64,000 nt of DNA from an uncultured Actinomycetes bacterium (lineage in GTDB: Bacteria; Actinomycetota; Thermoleophilia; Gaiellales; Gaiellaceae). A program made the translations under genes and the position numbers. The DNA lies in NCBI GenBank assembly GCA_963841425.1, contig CAWJCL010000002.1:793303-857302 (forward strand), given 5' to 3'. Below are positions 7,797-18,657 of this stretch, piece by piece. Below the pieces are notes generated by a model, which saw nothing but the letters and a program-made list of their open reading frames with translations, was not told where the DNA came from and searched no databases. Every line of letters begins with the position of its first letter. The stretch's first letter is position 1.

Positions 7797-9087
7797 AGCC
7801 TCGCGACGAGCCGGTAGCCGCCGTCGGGCATGTCCTGCATCTCCCAGCCGAGTGCCTCGAGCTCGGCCCGAAGCCGGTCCGCCGCGTCGAAATCTCGCGC
7901 CGCCCGCGCGGCGAAGCGCGCGTCCGCGAGCTCCATCACCTCGGGCGGAGCTTCGGGATGCATGGGCAGCGGAAGGCCGAAGAGGAGAAGCGCCTTGAAC
8001 AGCAGGTCGAGGCGGCCCGCAGCCCGCCATTCGTGCATGAGGGCAAGCGCCGCCGGCGTGTTGAAGTCGTCGTCCAGCGCCTCCGCGAAAGCACTCCACT
8101 CTCGGACGGAGGCTCCGGTCGGGACGACGAGGCGCGCGTTGCGGAAGTCGTCCGCGACAGTCCTGGCGGCGGCCATGGCCTCGTCCGAGTAGTCGAGCGG
8201 GACCGCGATAGTGGCCGCCGAGGAAGAAGACGAGGATCGCCTCGCGCCCGTAGGTGTCGAGAACCTCGCGCAGCGAGACGATGTTGCCGACCGACTTCGA
8301 CATCTTCTTCTCGGAGAGCTGCAGCATTCCGTTGTGCGCCCAGTGGCGGGCGAACGGCCTTCCGGCTCCCCGCGACTGGGCGAGCTCGTTCTCGTGGTGC
8401 GGGAAGCGGAGGTCGAGGCCGCCGCCGTGGATCTCGAACTCGGGGCCGAGGTGCTTCTCCGCCATCGCCGAGCACTCGATGTGCCAGCCCGGGCGGCCGC
8501 GGCCCCAGGGCGAGTCCCAGTGCGGTGTCTTCGTGCTCCTTCGTCGCCTTCCAGAGCGCGAAGTCGCGCGGGTCCTTCCTTCAGGTCGCTCGGCTCCTGG
8601 GCGATCATCTCGTCCGGCCGGGCGCCGGAGAGCTCGCCGTAGGCGGGATAGGCGGGAACGCGGAAGTACACGTCGCCGCCAGACTCGTAGGCGAGCCCGC
8701 GCTCGATCAACTCGCCGATGAGAGCGACGATTTCCGGGATGACCTCGGTCGCGCGCGGCTCGACGTCGGGCCGGCCGAGCCCGAGCTCGTCGGTGTCCTC
8801 GATGTACCATTGCGCGGCCTGCTCGGCGAACTCGGCACTGCCCATCTTCTGCCGCGCGGCCGCCTCGTAGATCTTGTCGTTGATGTCCGTGATGTTCTCG
8901 ACGAGCTTGACCTCGTAGCCGCGCTCGCAGGAGCCAGGCGCGCATCCACATGGAGACGACGAACGGCCGCGCATTCCCGATGTGGATCCGCTGGTAGACG
9001 GTCGGGCCCACAGACGTACATGCCGATCGGGCCCGGCGGCGCGGGCAGCTCGACTTTCTGCCGCGAGGAAGAGTCGTACAGGAGCAT
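7793..9087 (-). pseudogene. cysS: cysteine--tRNA ligase, reading frame broken five times (possibly an assembly artefact)
   Basis: CysS segments are spread over three frames: MYVCGP / [15 protein letters not shown] / [20 protein letters not shown] / [15 protein letters not shown] / [35 protein letters not shown] / LDYSDEAM. 1295 nt minus 5 gives 1290 nt, which is 430 codons. Confidence 0.85.
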
Positions 9088-9119
9088 CGTCCGTGGGGTT
9101 ATACCGGGTAAGGTCGCGC

Positions 9120-9867
9120 GTGCCTGAAGTCGTCGTCGTCGCGCTCGTGGGCATCCTCACGGCCCTCGCCACCGGCCTTGGGGCGGTCCCGGTCTTCCTC
9201 TTGGGCGGCCGGGTCGCTGAAGTTCCGGCCCGTTCCTCTGGGGGTTCACCATCGGGCTCATGAGCGTCGCCGCTTTCGTGGGTCTCCTCTTACCCGCGCT
9301 CGACGAGGGCGAGCCCGTGCGCGGTGCTTGCGGGGATCGCCGTCGGCGTGGGCTTCTTGCTTCTTGCCAGGCGCTGGCTGGGGACGCATGAGCTCAGCCC
9401 GACCCGGCTCCGGAGCGCAGGCGGACGCCGCGCGCTGCTCGTCTTCCTCGTCCTCTTCGTGCACAGCCTCCCCGAGGGATTCGCGATCGGCACGGCCTGG
9501 GCATCGAATCGCGAGGGCCTCGGCCTCTTCGTCTTCCTCGCGATCGCGCTCCAGAACATCCCCGAAGGAACGAGCGTCGCCATCCCCATGGCCGGCGAAG
9601 GATTCGGTGCCCGCGACCAGTTCTGGGCCGCGGTCGGGACGAGTGCTCCTCAACCACTCGGTGCAGTGGCCGCCTTCCTCCTGGTCGACGAGATCAGCGG
9701 CCTGCTTCCCTTCTCCTTCGGGTTTGCAGCCGGAGCGATGCTCGCCCTTGTGCTCGTCGAGCTCGTGCCTCAGGCACTGCTCAGCAGGAGCTACGTCGCC
9801 GCGTGCCGGAGGCGCCGCGGTGGGGACCGCCATGATGCTCGCGTTGGCGGGTCTTCTCGGCGTCTAG
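9120..9867 (+). pseudogene. ZIP family metal (zinc) transporter, frame broken four times (possibly an artefact)
   Basis: TM-rich ZIP-like segments lie in successive frames (LATGLGAVPVFLLGG / KFRPVPLG / FTIGLMSVAAFVGLLLPAL / VLAGIAVGVGFLL...HSLPEGFAIG...QNIPEG... / GAAVGTAMMLALAGLLGV). 748 nt minus 4 gives 744 nt. Confidence 0.7.
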
Positions 9868-9868
9868 C

Positions 9869-11104
9869 TCAGCGGCTCTGGAACTGGGCTTCCTCGGTGG
9901 AACCTTTGAGCGCGAGCGTCGAGCTCTCGCCGCCCGAGACCGCCTTTGCGACGAGGTCGAAGTAGCCGGCGCCGACCTCGCGCTGGTGGCGCGTGGCCGT
10001 GTAGCCGTCCTCTTCGAGCTCGAACTCGTGCTCCTGGAGCCGCACGTAGGCGCTCATCCCCTCCGCCGAGTAGCCCCTGGCGAGCTCGAACATCGACGCG
10101 TTCAGAGCATGGAAGCCCGCCAGCGTGATGAACTGGAAGCGGTAGCCCATGCGGCCGAGCTCCTGCTGGAAGGACGCGATCTCGTCGTCGGCGAGATGGC
10201 GCTTCCAGTTGAAGGAGGGCGAGCAGTTGTAGGCGAGGATCTTCCCCGGGAAGCGCTCGTGGACCGCCTCCGCGAAGTCAGCCGCCTCCTGCATGTCCGG
10301 CGTCGAGGTCTCGAACCAGATCAGGTCCGCGTAGGGCGCGTACGCAAGCCCACGCGCGATCGAAGACTCGAGGCCCGGCTGGACGAAGAAGTAGCCCTCG
10401 GGGGTGCGCTCGCCGGTCAGGAACTCGTGGTCGCGCTCGTCGACGTCGCTCGTGATCAGCGTGGCGCTGAGAGCGTCGGTGCGCGCGACGACGATGGTCG
10501 GCACGTCGCAGACGTCGGCGGCGAGCCGGGCCGCGGTCAGCGTGCGCACGAACTGGCTCGTCGGGACGAGCACCTTGCCGCCGAGATGGCCGCACTTCTT
10601 CTCCGAGGCGAGCTGGTCTTCGAAGTGGACGCCGGCGGCGCCGGCTTCGATGAAGGACTTCATCAGCTCGAAAGCGTTCAGCGGCCCGCCGAAGCCGGCC
10701 TCCGCGTCGGCGACGATCGGAGCCAGCCAGTAGCGGTCCGTCCCACCCTCCGCGGCCTCGATCTGGTCGGCTCGGCGAAGCGCGTTGTTCAGTCGGCGAA
10801 CGAGCGCCGGCGCGCTCGTCGTCGGGTAAAGGCTCTGATCGGGATAAACCTGTTCCGCCAGATTGGCGTCTGCTGCGACCTGCCAGCCGCTCAGGTAGAT
10901 GGCCTGCAGGCCCGCCTTGACCATCTGCACCGCCTGGCCCCCGGTCATGGCGCCGAGCGCGGCGACGTAGTCCTCGGCCTGCAGAAGCTGCCAGAGGCGC
11001 TCCGCGCCGAGGCGGGCGAGGGTGTGCTCCACGCGGATGGTCCCCCCGAGCCGTTCCACGTCCTCTTCGGTGTACAGCCGTTCGATTCCGTTCCAGCGGT
11101 CCAT
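9869..11104 (-). CDS. aceA: isocitrate lyase
   Basis: ATG 11104 is preceded by GGAGGG. Contains the KKCGHLGGK active-site motif. The longer N-terminal extension in track ORF 9869..12301 is spurious. Confidence 0.9.
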   Translation of the reverse strand: MDRWNGIERLYTEEDVERLGGTIRVEHTLARLGAERLWQLLQAEDYVAALGAMTGGQAVQMVKAGLQAIYLSGWQVAADANLAEQVYPDQSLYPTTSAPALVRRLNNALRRADQIEAAEGGTDRYWLAPIVADAEAGFGGPLNAFELMKSFIEAGAAGVHFEDQLASEKKCGHLGGKVLVPTSQFVRTLTAARLAADVCDVPTIVVARTDALSATLITSDVDERDHEFLTGERTPEGYFFVQPGLESSIARGLAYAPYADLIWFETSTPDMQEAADFAEAVHERFPGKILAYNCSPSFNWKRHLADDEIASFQQELGRMGYRFQFITLAGFHALNASMFELARGYSAEGMSAYVRLQEHEFELEEDGYTATRHQREVGAGYFDLVAKAVSGGESSTLALKGSTEEAQFQSR

Positions 11105-11115
11105 CGGGAGCCCTC

Positions 11116-12669
<1,554 letters not shown>

Positions 12670-12676
12670 CGCCGTT

Positions 12677-12823
12677 CTAGTCTCGGTCGTGATCGCGCTC
12701 GCACCATTCGGGACAGGTGCAATCCGCGACCTCGGAGGTGCTCAGATAGGAGAGGCGGCGCGGGGGCTCGGGGGGGGCCTCGCGCTCGACCGCATCGAAG
12801 TCGAAGGTGACAGCGGCTTCCAT
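12677..12823 (-). CDS. small ORF with a C-x-C-P-x-W-C-x-x-D-H motif, upstream of aceB
   Basis: 48 aa from ATG 12823 ([21 protein letters not shown]...[16 protein letters not shown]). It has a GC3-rich codon pattern. Its stop is 7 nt before the aceB GTG. No clear SD. Confidence 0.35.
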   Translation of the reverse strand: MEAAVTFDFDAVEREAPPEPPRRLSYLSTSEVADCTCPEWCERDHDRD

Positions 12824-12859
12824 GATTTCAGGGTACCGCTGTGTCCGGTATTTACACAA

Positions 12860-12875
12860 TGATTTGTTTCGATCA
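12860..12875. promoter_or_regulatory. candidate LysR-type operator (T-N11-A within a TGAT-N8-ATCA dyad)
   Basis: TGATTTGTTTCGATCA lies in the AT-rich divergent region between the aceB operon and the LysR gene. Confidence 0.25.
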
Positions 12876-12897
12876 CTGTTATCAGTAAAATCTATCG

Positions 12898-13881
12898 GTG
12901 CTTTTCAATCAGATCTTGGCTTTCGTCGAGACCGCACGGCGGCAGAGCGTCAGCCGGGCGGCTGAGGCGCTCTTCATCTCCCAGCCCGCGTTGACGGCGA
13001 GGCTCAAGGGGCTCGAGTCGGACCTGGGCGCCGAGCTCTTCGTTCGCGGCCCGCGCGGTATGCGGCTCACGGATGCAGGAAACGCCTTCCTCCCCTACGC
13101 GGCCCGCGCGCTCGAAACGCTCACAGACGGGCGCATGCAGGTCAACGCGCTCGAACGCGGCGGGGCCGGCCGGCTCGCCATCGGGGCCGCGCCCGCGGTG
13201 TCGACTTACGTCTTGCCTGCGCTCCTGAAGCGCTTCTCGGAGGGCTTCCCTCGCGTCCTGGTCAGCGTGCGGACGGGCCACTCGGAGGAGATCCTCGACC
13301 TCGTCCTGCGGGAGCAGGTGACGCTCGGCCTCGTTCGCGCCCTGCAGCACCCTGAAATCCTGAGCACGCCCCTCTACGAGGACCGCCTGATCCTCGTCGT
13401 CGAGCCCGCTCATCCCTTCGCAGGCGAGGGCCGCATCCGCATGAAGGATCTGGCGGACGAGCAGCTCGTCCAGTTCGACCGGACCTCGAGCTACCACGAC
13501 CTCACGAGCGCGCTCTTCGTCACCGCGGGCGTGTCGCCGGCCGGCCGCATGGAGCTCGACAACATCGACGCTGCGAAGAAGATGGTCGAGCAGGGCTTCG
13601 GCGTCGCGCTCCTGCCACAGACCTCCGTCGCGGACGAGCTCGAGGCCGGCACCCTGGCCGAGGTCGAGGTGGTGGACGCCGCGCCTGTGCGCCGCAAGAT
13701 CGTCGCCATCACCCGGCGGGACGCGGGCCCGCCCGCAGGTCAGCCGAAGGCGTTCCTCGCGACCTTCGAGGAGATCCGCGACGAGCTCACGAGCTGGCCG
13801 CGACGGCCCGCCGCAAAGCCTCGTCGCGCGGCAGAGCGACCAGGACGGTCCAGAGCTCCGGCCCACGGTCGGCCCCGGTGA
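12898..13881 (+). CDS. LysR family transcriptional regulator
   Basis: N-terminal HTH (ILAFVETARRQSVSRAAEALFISQPALTARLKGLE) plus a LysR substrate domain. The Arg/Pro-rich tail overlapping the next gene may be read-through. Confidence 0.85.
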   Translation: MLFNQILAFVETARRQSVSRAAEALFISQPALTARLKGLESDLGAELFVRGPRGMRLTDAGNAFLPYAARALETLTDGRMQVNALERGGAGRLAIGAAPAVSTYVLPALLKRFSEGFPRVLVSVRTGHSEEILDLVLREQVTLGLVRALQHPEILSTPLYEDRLILVVEPAHPFAGEGRIRMKDLADEQLVQFDRTSSYHDLTSALFVTAGVSPAGRMELDNIDAAKKMVEQGFGVALLPQTSVADELEAGTLAEVEVVDAAPVRRKIVAITRRDAGPPAGQPKAFLATFEEIRDELTSWPRRPAAKPRRAAERPGRSRAPAHGRPR

Positions 13882-14791
13882 GCGCGCGCCGCAGCGCCCT
13901 GAGGCTGCCTCCGACAGCCTTGAGCTCCCGCAGGATCTCCTTCGCCGCAGCCTGATCCAGCGCCTCCGGGCCCCGCTCGCGCAGCTCGTTGAAGCGCCTC
14001 AAGGTCTCGGGATGCTCGCTCGGATCGGCCGGCGGCGTCGTGAGCAGCGTCCGCGCGATCTCGCGCGCCTCGACGAGGTCGCGCGCCCCGCGCAAGGCAG
14101 GCACGACCTCGGGCGATGCGTCCGCGGCCGCGGCGAGGTCGTCGTCGGGCATCGCACCGATCGCGTCGATCGCGAGCCTCCGAAGGCGCGCGAGGTCGTA
14201 GTGGACGTCGTGGCGCGGCACCCCGAGCTCGTCCAGGTAGGCGCGCACCGCCCCGGCCGGGAAGCCGAGCTCGCGCAGGGAGGCGACCGTCGCCCCGGCC
14301 GCGCGCTTGGAGAGCTTTTTGCCTTCCTCCCCGAGGATCAGCCCGTGATGGACGTACTCGGGAGGAGTCGTCCCGAGGGACTCGTGGAGGCGGCGATGGA
14401 GAGCCTCGTTGGGCCGGTGGTCGTTCCCGCGGTAGACGCGGGTGATGCCGAAGTCGGCGTCGTCCACCACGCTGGCGAGGTGGTACGTCGCGGTCCCGTC
14501 CTCGCGTAGGAGCGTGACGCCGTCGAAGCGGTCGGTCCCGATGCGCTCGGCGGCGTCGCGGTAGCGATCCTGGCGCTCGCTTTGCCGCACGGGCCCCTCG
14601 TCCCAGTCGATCTCGAGCCAGCCGAGGTCGCCGAGGATCGCCTCCTCGCCCCCGGCGACGTTTCGGGCAGGATCGGTGTCGTCGATCCGGAGCAGCATCC
14701 AGTCGCCGGCACGCCGGTTGATGACCGCACTCAGGGCGTTCCCCACGTGGAGCGAACCCGTTGGGCTCGGCGCGAAGCGGACGCGAACCAT
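13787..14791 (-). CDS. gltX: glutamate--tRNA ligase family protein, unusually short (334 aa)
   Basis: HIGH-type motif SPTGSLHVGN, KMSKS-type motif KLSKR, TYHLASVVDD, and a C-terminal LRALRRALTGADRGPEL as in the GluRS anticodon-binding domain. The insertion between RQSER and LLREDG is absent. Confidence 0.7.
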   Translation of the reverse strand: MVRVRFAPSPTGSLHVGNALSAVINRRAGDWMLLRIDDTDPARNVAGGEEAILGDLGWLEIDWDEGPVRQSERQDRYRDAAERIGTDRFDGVTLLREDGTATYHLASVVDDADFGITRVYRGNDHRPNEALHRRLHESLGTTPPEYVHHGLILGEEGKKLSKRAAGATVASLRELGFPAGAVRAYLDELGVPRHDVHYDLARLRRLAIDAIGAMPDDDLAAAADASPEVVPALRGARDLVEAREIARTLLTTPPADPSEHPETLRRFNELRERGPEALDQAAAKEILRELKAVGGSLRALRRALTGADRGPELWTVLVALPRDEALRRAVAASS

Positions 14792-14822
14792 CGGAGCAAT
14801 CTAACGTTCGAGCGGCAGCGGA

Positions 14823-16409
14823 ATGACGTTCACGCCCGAAGACAGCCTGGCGCTCCTCGCCATCATGGTCGTGATCGCCGTGCTGCTCGTCGCGGCCGAG
14901 CGGACGAGCATTCCCTACCCCATTCTCCTCGTCGTCGGTGGCCTCGGTCTCGGCTTCATCCCCGGGATTCCGGAGATCCAGCTACCGCCTGACCTCGTCC
15001 TCATCGCCGTGCTTCCGCCTCTCCTCTACGGGGCGGCATTCTTCACCTCGCTGCGCGACCTGCGGGAGAACGCGTTTGCGATCAGCCTCCTCGCGTTCGG
15101 GCTCGTGCTCACGACGATGGTCATCGTCGCCTTCGTCGCACACGAGCTCATACCGGGCCTCGGCTGGGGCGGCGCCTTCGTGCTCGGCGCGGTCGTCTCG
15201 CCGACGGATCCGACCGCGGCGACGGCGATCGCCGAACGGCTCGGGCTGCCGAGGCGCCTCGTCGCGCTCATCGAGGGAGAGAGCCTGGTGAATGACGGCA
15301 CTGCGCTCGTCGCCTACAAGTTCGCCGTCGTCGCGGTCGTGAGCGGAACCTTCTCCTTCGCCGACGCCGCGGGCAGCTTCGTGCTGAACGTCGTCGGTGG
15401 AATCGGCATCGGCCTGGGCGTCGGATTCGTCGTCCGCCAACTCCGCCGCAGGATCAGGGATCCGGCGCTCGCCATCACCATCTCCCTGATGAGCGGCTAT
15501 TTCGCCTACCTACCCGCGACGGCGGCGGACGTCTCGGGTGTGCTGGCGGCCGTCACCATCGGGGTCTACATGGGCTGGCACACGCCCGAGCTGACGACGT
15601 GGCAGACGCGGCTCCAGGGAGTCGCGGTCTGGGAGATCACCTTCTTCGTCCTGAACGCGCTTCTCTTCGCGCTCATCGGGCTCCAGCTGCCCGTGATCAT
15701 CGACGCGCTTTCCGGTTACTCACCGACGCGGCTCGTCGCCTACGCGGCCGCCGTCTCGCTGGCCGTCATCGCCGCGCGCTTTCTCTGGGTCATCCCGGGG
15801 ACGTACCTGACGGCGTGGATGCGTCGGAACAAGCGGCCGATCCAGAATCCCGGACGCGCCTCGATCATCCTCGGCTGGTCCGGGATGCGTGGCGCCGTCT
15901 CGCTCGCCGCTGCGCTGGCCCTGCCCCTGACCACGGACACCGGCGACGCCTTCCCGAACCGCGAGCTCATCGTCTTCCTCACCTTCGGCGTCATCCTCGC
16001 CTCGCTCGTCGTGCAGGGGCTGTCGTTCCCCGCCCTGCTCAGGCTCGTCGGGCTCGAAGACGAAGGCCGGGGGGAGAAGGAGGAGAACAAGGCGCGGATC
16101 TACGCCACCGAGGCCGCGCTAGCCCGGCTCGAGGAGCTCGCAGACGAGGACTGGGTGCGCGACGACACGCTCGAGCGCATACGAGGCATGTTCAACTTCC
16201 GGCGGGAGCGCTTTCGCAGCCGCTTCGACCCGGAGTCGGACGGCGAGCTCGAGAGCCGCTCGCTCGACTACCAGCGGCTCCTGCGCGAGGTCCTCGCCGC
16301 CGAGCGAAGCGCGGTCTTCGACCTGCGCCGCGAGCGAAGAATCGACGATCTCGTCATGCGCAGAGTCCTCCGCGACCTCGACCTCGAAGAAGCCAGGCTC
16401 GATGGCTGA
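14823..16409 (+). CDS. Na+/H+ antiporter (CPA1/NhaP type)
   Basis: 528 aa, polytopic, with a C-terminal cytoplasmic domain. The sequence is typical of the CPA1 family. Confidence 0.85.
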   Translation: MTFTPEDSLALLAIMVVIAVLLVAAERTSIPYPILLVVGGLGLGFIPGIPEIQLPPDLVLIAVLPPLLYGAAFFTSLRDLRENAFAISLLAFGLVLTTMVIVAFVAHELIPGLGWGGAFVLGAVVSPTDPTAATAIAERLGLPRRLVALIEGESLVNDGTALVAYKFAVVAVVSGTFSFADAAGSFVLNVVGGIGIGLGVGFVVRQLRRRIRDPALAITISLMSGYFAYLPATAADVSGVLAAVTIGVYMGWHTPELTTWQTRLQGVAVWEITFFVLNALLFALIGLQLPVIIDALSGYSPTRLVAYAAAVSLAVIAARFLWVIPGTYLTAWMRRNKRPIQNPGRASIILGWSGMRGAVSLAAALALPLTTDTGDAFPNRELIVFLTFGVILASLVVQGLSFPALLRLVGLEDEGRGEKEENKARIYATEAALARLEELADEDWVRDDTLERIRGMFNFRRERFRSRFDPESDGELESRSLDYQRLLREVLAAERSAVFDLRRERRIDDLVMRRVLRDLDLEEARLDG

Positions 16410-17124
16410 GCTCGAGCGCGTGCTCCTCGACTGGTACGCGGCGGAGGGCCGAGACCTCCCCTGGCGACAGACGCGCGACCCGTACGCGATCCTCGTCTCG
16501 GAAGTCATGCTCCAGCAGACGCAGGTCGAGCGCGTCATCCCGCGCTACCTGCGCTGGCTGGAGCGCTGGCCGACCGCCGAGGCCCTTGCCGCCGCGCCGC
16601 GATCGGAGGTCATCCGCGAATGGCAGGGGCTCGGCTACAACCGTCGCGCTGTGAACCTCCACCGCGCCGCCGAGTGGATCGCGGCCACCGGCTGGCCCGG
16701 CGACCTCACCGAGCTTCCGGGGGTCGGGCGCTACACGGCCGATGCGGTGGCGCGCTTCGCCCGCGAGGCGGACGTCCTGCCCGTGGACGTCAACGTCGCC
16801 CGCGTCCTCGAGCGGACCGGCGGCCGGTTCGGTCCCGCCTCGGCCCACGCGCTCATGGATCTCGGCGCGACGGTTTGCCTCGCCCGCGTTCCACGGTGCG
16901 GCGCCTGCCCGCTCGCGAAGGAGTGCCCGTCGCGCGCAAAGCGCTACGAGCCCCTGCGCAAGCAGGGCCGGTTCGAGGGCTCCTTCAGGCAGCTCCGTGC
17001 GCAGACGCTGCGGCTCGTCGCAGAACGCGCCAGACCGGCGGCCGAGCTCGATCCGGAAGCTGTCGCCGCGCTAGCGCGCGACGGCCTCGTCAGTCTCGAC
17101 GACGGCCTGGTTCGCCTGCCGTAG
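16402..17124 (+). CDS. mutY: A/G-specific adenine glycosylase MutY-like (catalytic domain only)
   Basis: Motifs DLPWRQTRDPYAILVSEVMLQQTQV, HhH LPGVGRYTA, VDVNVARV, and FeS cluster loop C-x6-C-x2-C-x5-C. At 240 aa it has no NUDIX-like C-domain. Confidence 0.75.
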   Translation: MAELERVLLDWYAAEGRDLPWRQTRDPYAILVSEVMLQQTQVERVIPRYLRWLERWPTAEALAAAPRSEVIREWQGLGYNRRAVNLHRAAEWIAATGWPGDLTELPGVGRYTADAVARFAREADVLPVDVNVARVLERTGGRFGPASAHALMDLGATVCLARVPRCGACPLAKECPSRAKRYEPLRKQGRFEGSFRQLRAQTLRLVAERARPAAELDPEAVAALARDGLVSLDDGLVRLP

Positions 17125-17499
17125 CAGGGGGAGCCCGGCCTTCTTCCAGTCCTCGACGCCGCCGATGACGTCGGTCGCGTCCTCGAACCCGAGCTCCTGG
17201 AGTTGCGAGGCAGCGAGCACGGACGAATACCCCTCCCGGCAGATGAGGATGACGCGCGCGTCGAGCGGGATCTTCTCGTTGGAGGTCGGGCAGTCGGGGT
17301 CGAGACGCCAGAGGAGCGTGGAGAGCGGATGATGCACCGAGCCGGGCACGTAGCCCTGCGCCTGGCGCTGGTCGGGGGAGCGCGTGTCGACGAGGATCGC
17401 CCCGGCTCGCATCTCCGCCCAGGCCTCGACCGGACTGAGCCGCCCGAGCCGGACGGCGGCGTCGGCGAGGAGCTCGTCTATAGGCCTTCGAGGACTCAC
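17071..17499 (-). CDS. rhodanese-like sulfurtransferase domain protein
   Basis: Active-site loop ILICREGYSS. Its GTGA overlaps the ispF stop. Confidence 0.8.
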   Translation of the reverse strand: MSPRRPIDELLADAAVRLGRLSPVEAWAEMRAGAILVDTRSPDQRQAQGYVPGSVHHPLSTLLWRLDPDCPTSNEKIPLDARVILICREGYSSVLAASQLQELGFEDATDVIGGVEDWKKAGLPLLRQANQAVVETDEAVAR

Positions 17500-17990
17500 G
17501 TGACGATGGTATCGCGCCTGCGGAGCAGAGCAACCGCTTGTGCGGCCAGCCCTTCCCCGCGGCCCGTGAAGCCGAGTCCGTCGGTCGTCGTTGCGCGCAC
17601 GGTGATCCTCTCCATGCCGACACCCAGTACCCCGCTGAGCCGCTCCCGCAACTCGTCGCGCACAGGCGCAATGCGAGGCTCCTCCCCGATGAGAACGCAG
17701 TCGGCGTTGACGAGCTCCCAGCCGGCCTCCTGCGCGTCCTCATAAGCGCGCCTGAGCAGATCGAGCGACGACGCGCCTTCCCATTGCCCGTCTCCCGAGG
17801 GAAAGAGGGCGCCGATGTCCTCGAGGCCCGCTGCGCCCAGAATCGCGTCGATCAGCGCGTGGGAGACGACGTCGCCGTCGGAGTGCCCGGCCAGCCCGCG
17901 TCCGGGGAGCTCGACGCCTCCGAGGACGAGCTTCGCCTCGTCCGAGAACGCGTGCGCATCGACTCCGATCCCGACGTGGAGCTCACTCAT
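17496..17990 (-). CDS. ispF: 2-C-methyl-D-erythritol 2,4-cyclodiphosphate synthase
   Basis: Motifs GIGVDAHAF...GHSDGDVVSHAL. Confidence 0.9.
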   Translation of the reverse strand: MSELHVGIGVDAHAFSDEAKLVLGGVELPGRGLAGHSDGDVVSHALIDAILGAAGLEDIGALFPSGDGQWEGASSLDLLRRAYEDAQEAGWELVNADCVLIGEEPRIAPVRDELRERLSGVLGVGMERITVRATTTDGLGFTGRGEGLAAQAVALLRRRDTIVT

Positions 17991-18657
17991 CGGCGAGCAG
18001 AGTCTCTACGAAGGCGAGGTCGGACGCCGTCGTGATCTTCACCAGGCGCGGATCGCCCTCGACGACGCGCACTCTGCCGCCGGCCGCCTCCACGAGCCCG
18101 GCACAGTCGCTCGCCTCTCCACCGCGGAGCAGCGCGTCCCGTAACGTCGCGACGGGAAAAGCCTGCGGCGTCTGGATCGCATAGAGGCCCGTTCGGTCGA
18201 CGGTCTCGGCGACGCGGCCGTGCTGGTCGACGCGCTTCACGGTGTCGGCGAGCGGCAGCCCCGCGACGACGCCGTCCCAGTCCTCGCCGAGGCCGCCGAG
18301 GACGCGGCCGATCACCTCCTCGGGGAGAATCGGCCTGGCGGCGTCGTGGACGAGCGCGATCAGGGCGTCGTCCGGGATTTCCGCGACTCCCGCGCGCACC
18401 GAGTCGGCCCGCGTCGCGCCACCGGGCACCGCAGAGCTCACCTTGCCCGCGTTGAGCTCCTCGGCGAGCAGGATGGCCGGCTCCTCCCACTCCTCGGGCG
18501 CGACGATCACGATGGCGTCGATCCATTCGGAGGCCTCGAGACGCTCGAGGCTCTCGGCGAGAAGCACGCGCTTCCCGAGCCCGATGAAGGCCTTCGGCCG
18601 GTCGCCGCCGAGCCGCTCTCCGCGGCCGGCCGCCACCAGGACCGCCCAGGTGCTCAC
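17983..18657 (-). CDS. ispD: 2-C-methyl-D-erythritol 4-phosphate cytidylyltransferase
   Basis: Motifs VLVAAGRGERLGGDRPKAF and VHDAARP. Confidence 0.9.
   Translation of the reverse strand: MSTWAVLVAAGRGERLGGDRPKAFIGLGKRVLLAESLERLEASEWIDAIVIVAPEEWEEPAILLAEELNAGKVSSAVPGGATRADSVRAGVAEIPDDALIALVHDAARPILPEEVIGRVLGGLGEDWDGVVAGLPLADTVKRVDQHGRVAETVDRTGLYAIQTPQAFPVATLRDALLRGGEASDCAGLVEAAGGRVRVVEGDPRLVKITTASDLAFVETLLADE

Noticed and set aside
7793-9087. Programmed +1 ribosomal frameshifting at CCC-G sites as the explanation for the broken cysS
   Set aside because: Five to ten programmed events within 2 kb would be unprecedented. The ZIP-gene sites do not share the mRNA context. All sites are equally explained by an extra G in plus-strand G runs, and a second locus (the HAD gene) shows both an insertion and a deletion. 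The idea is kept only as a low-probability alternative in the finding.
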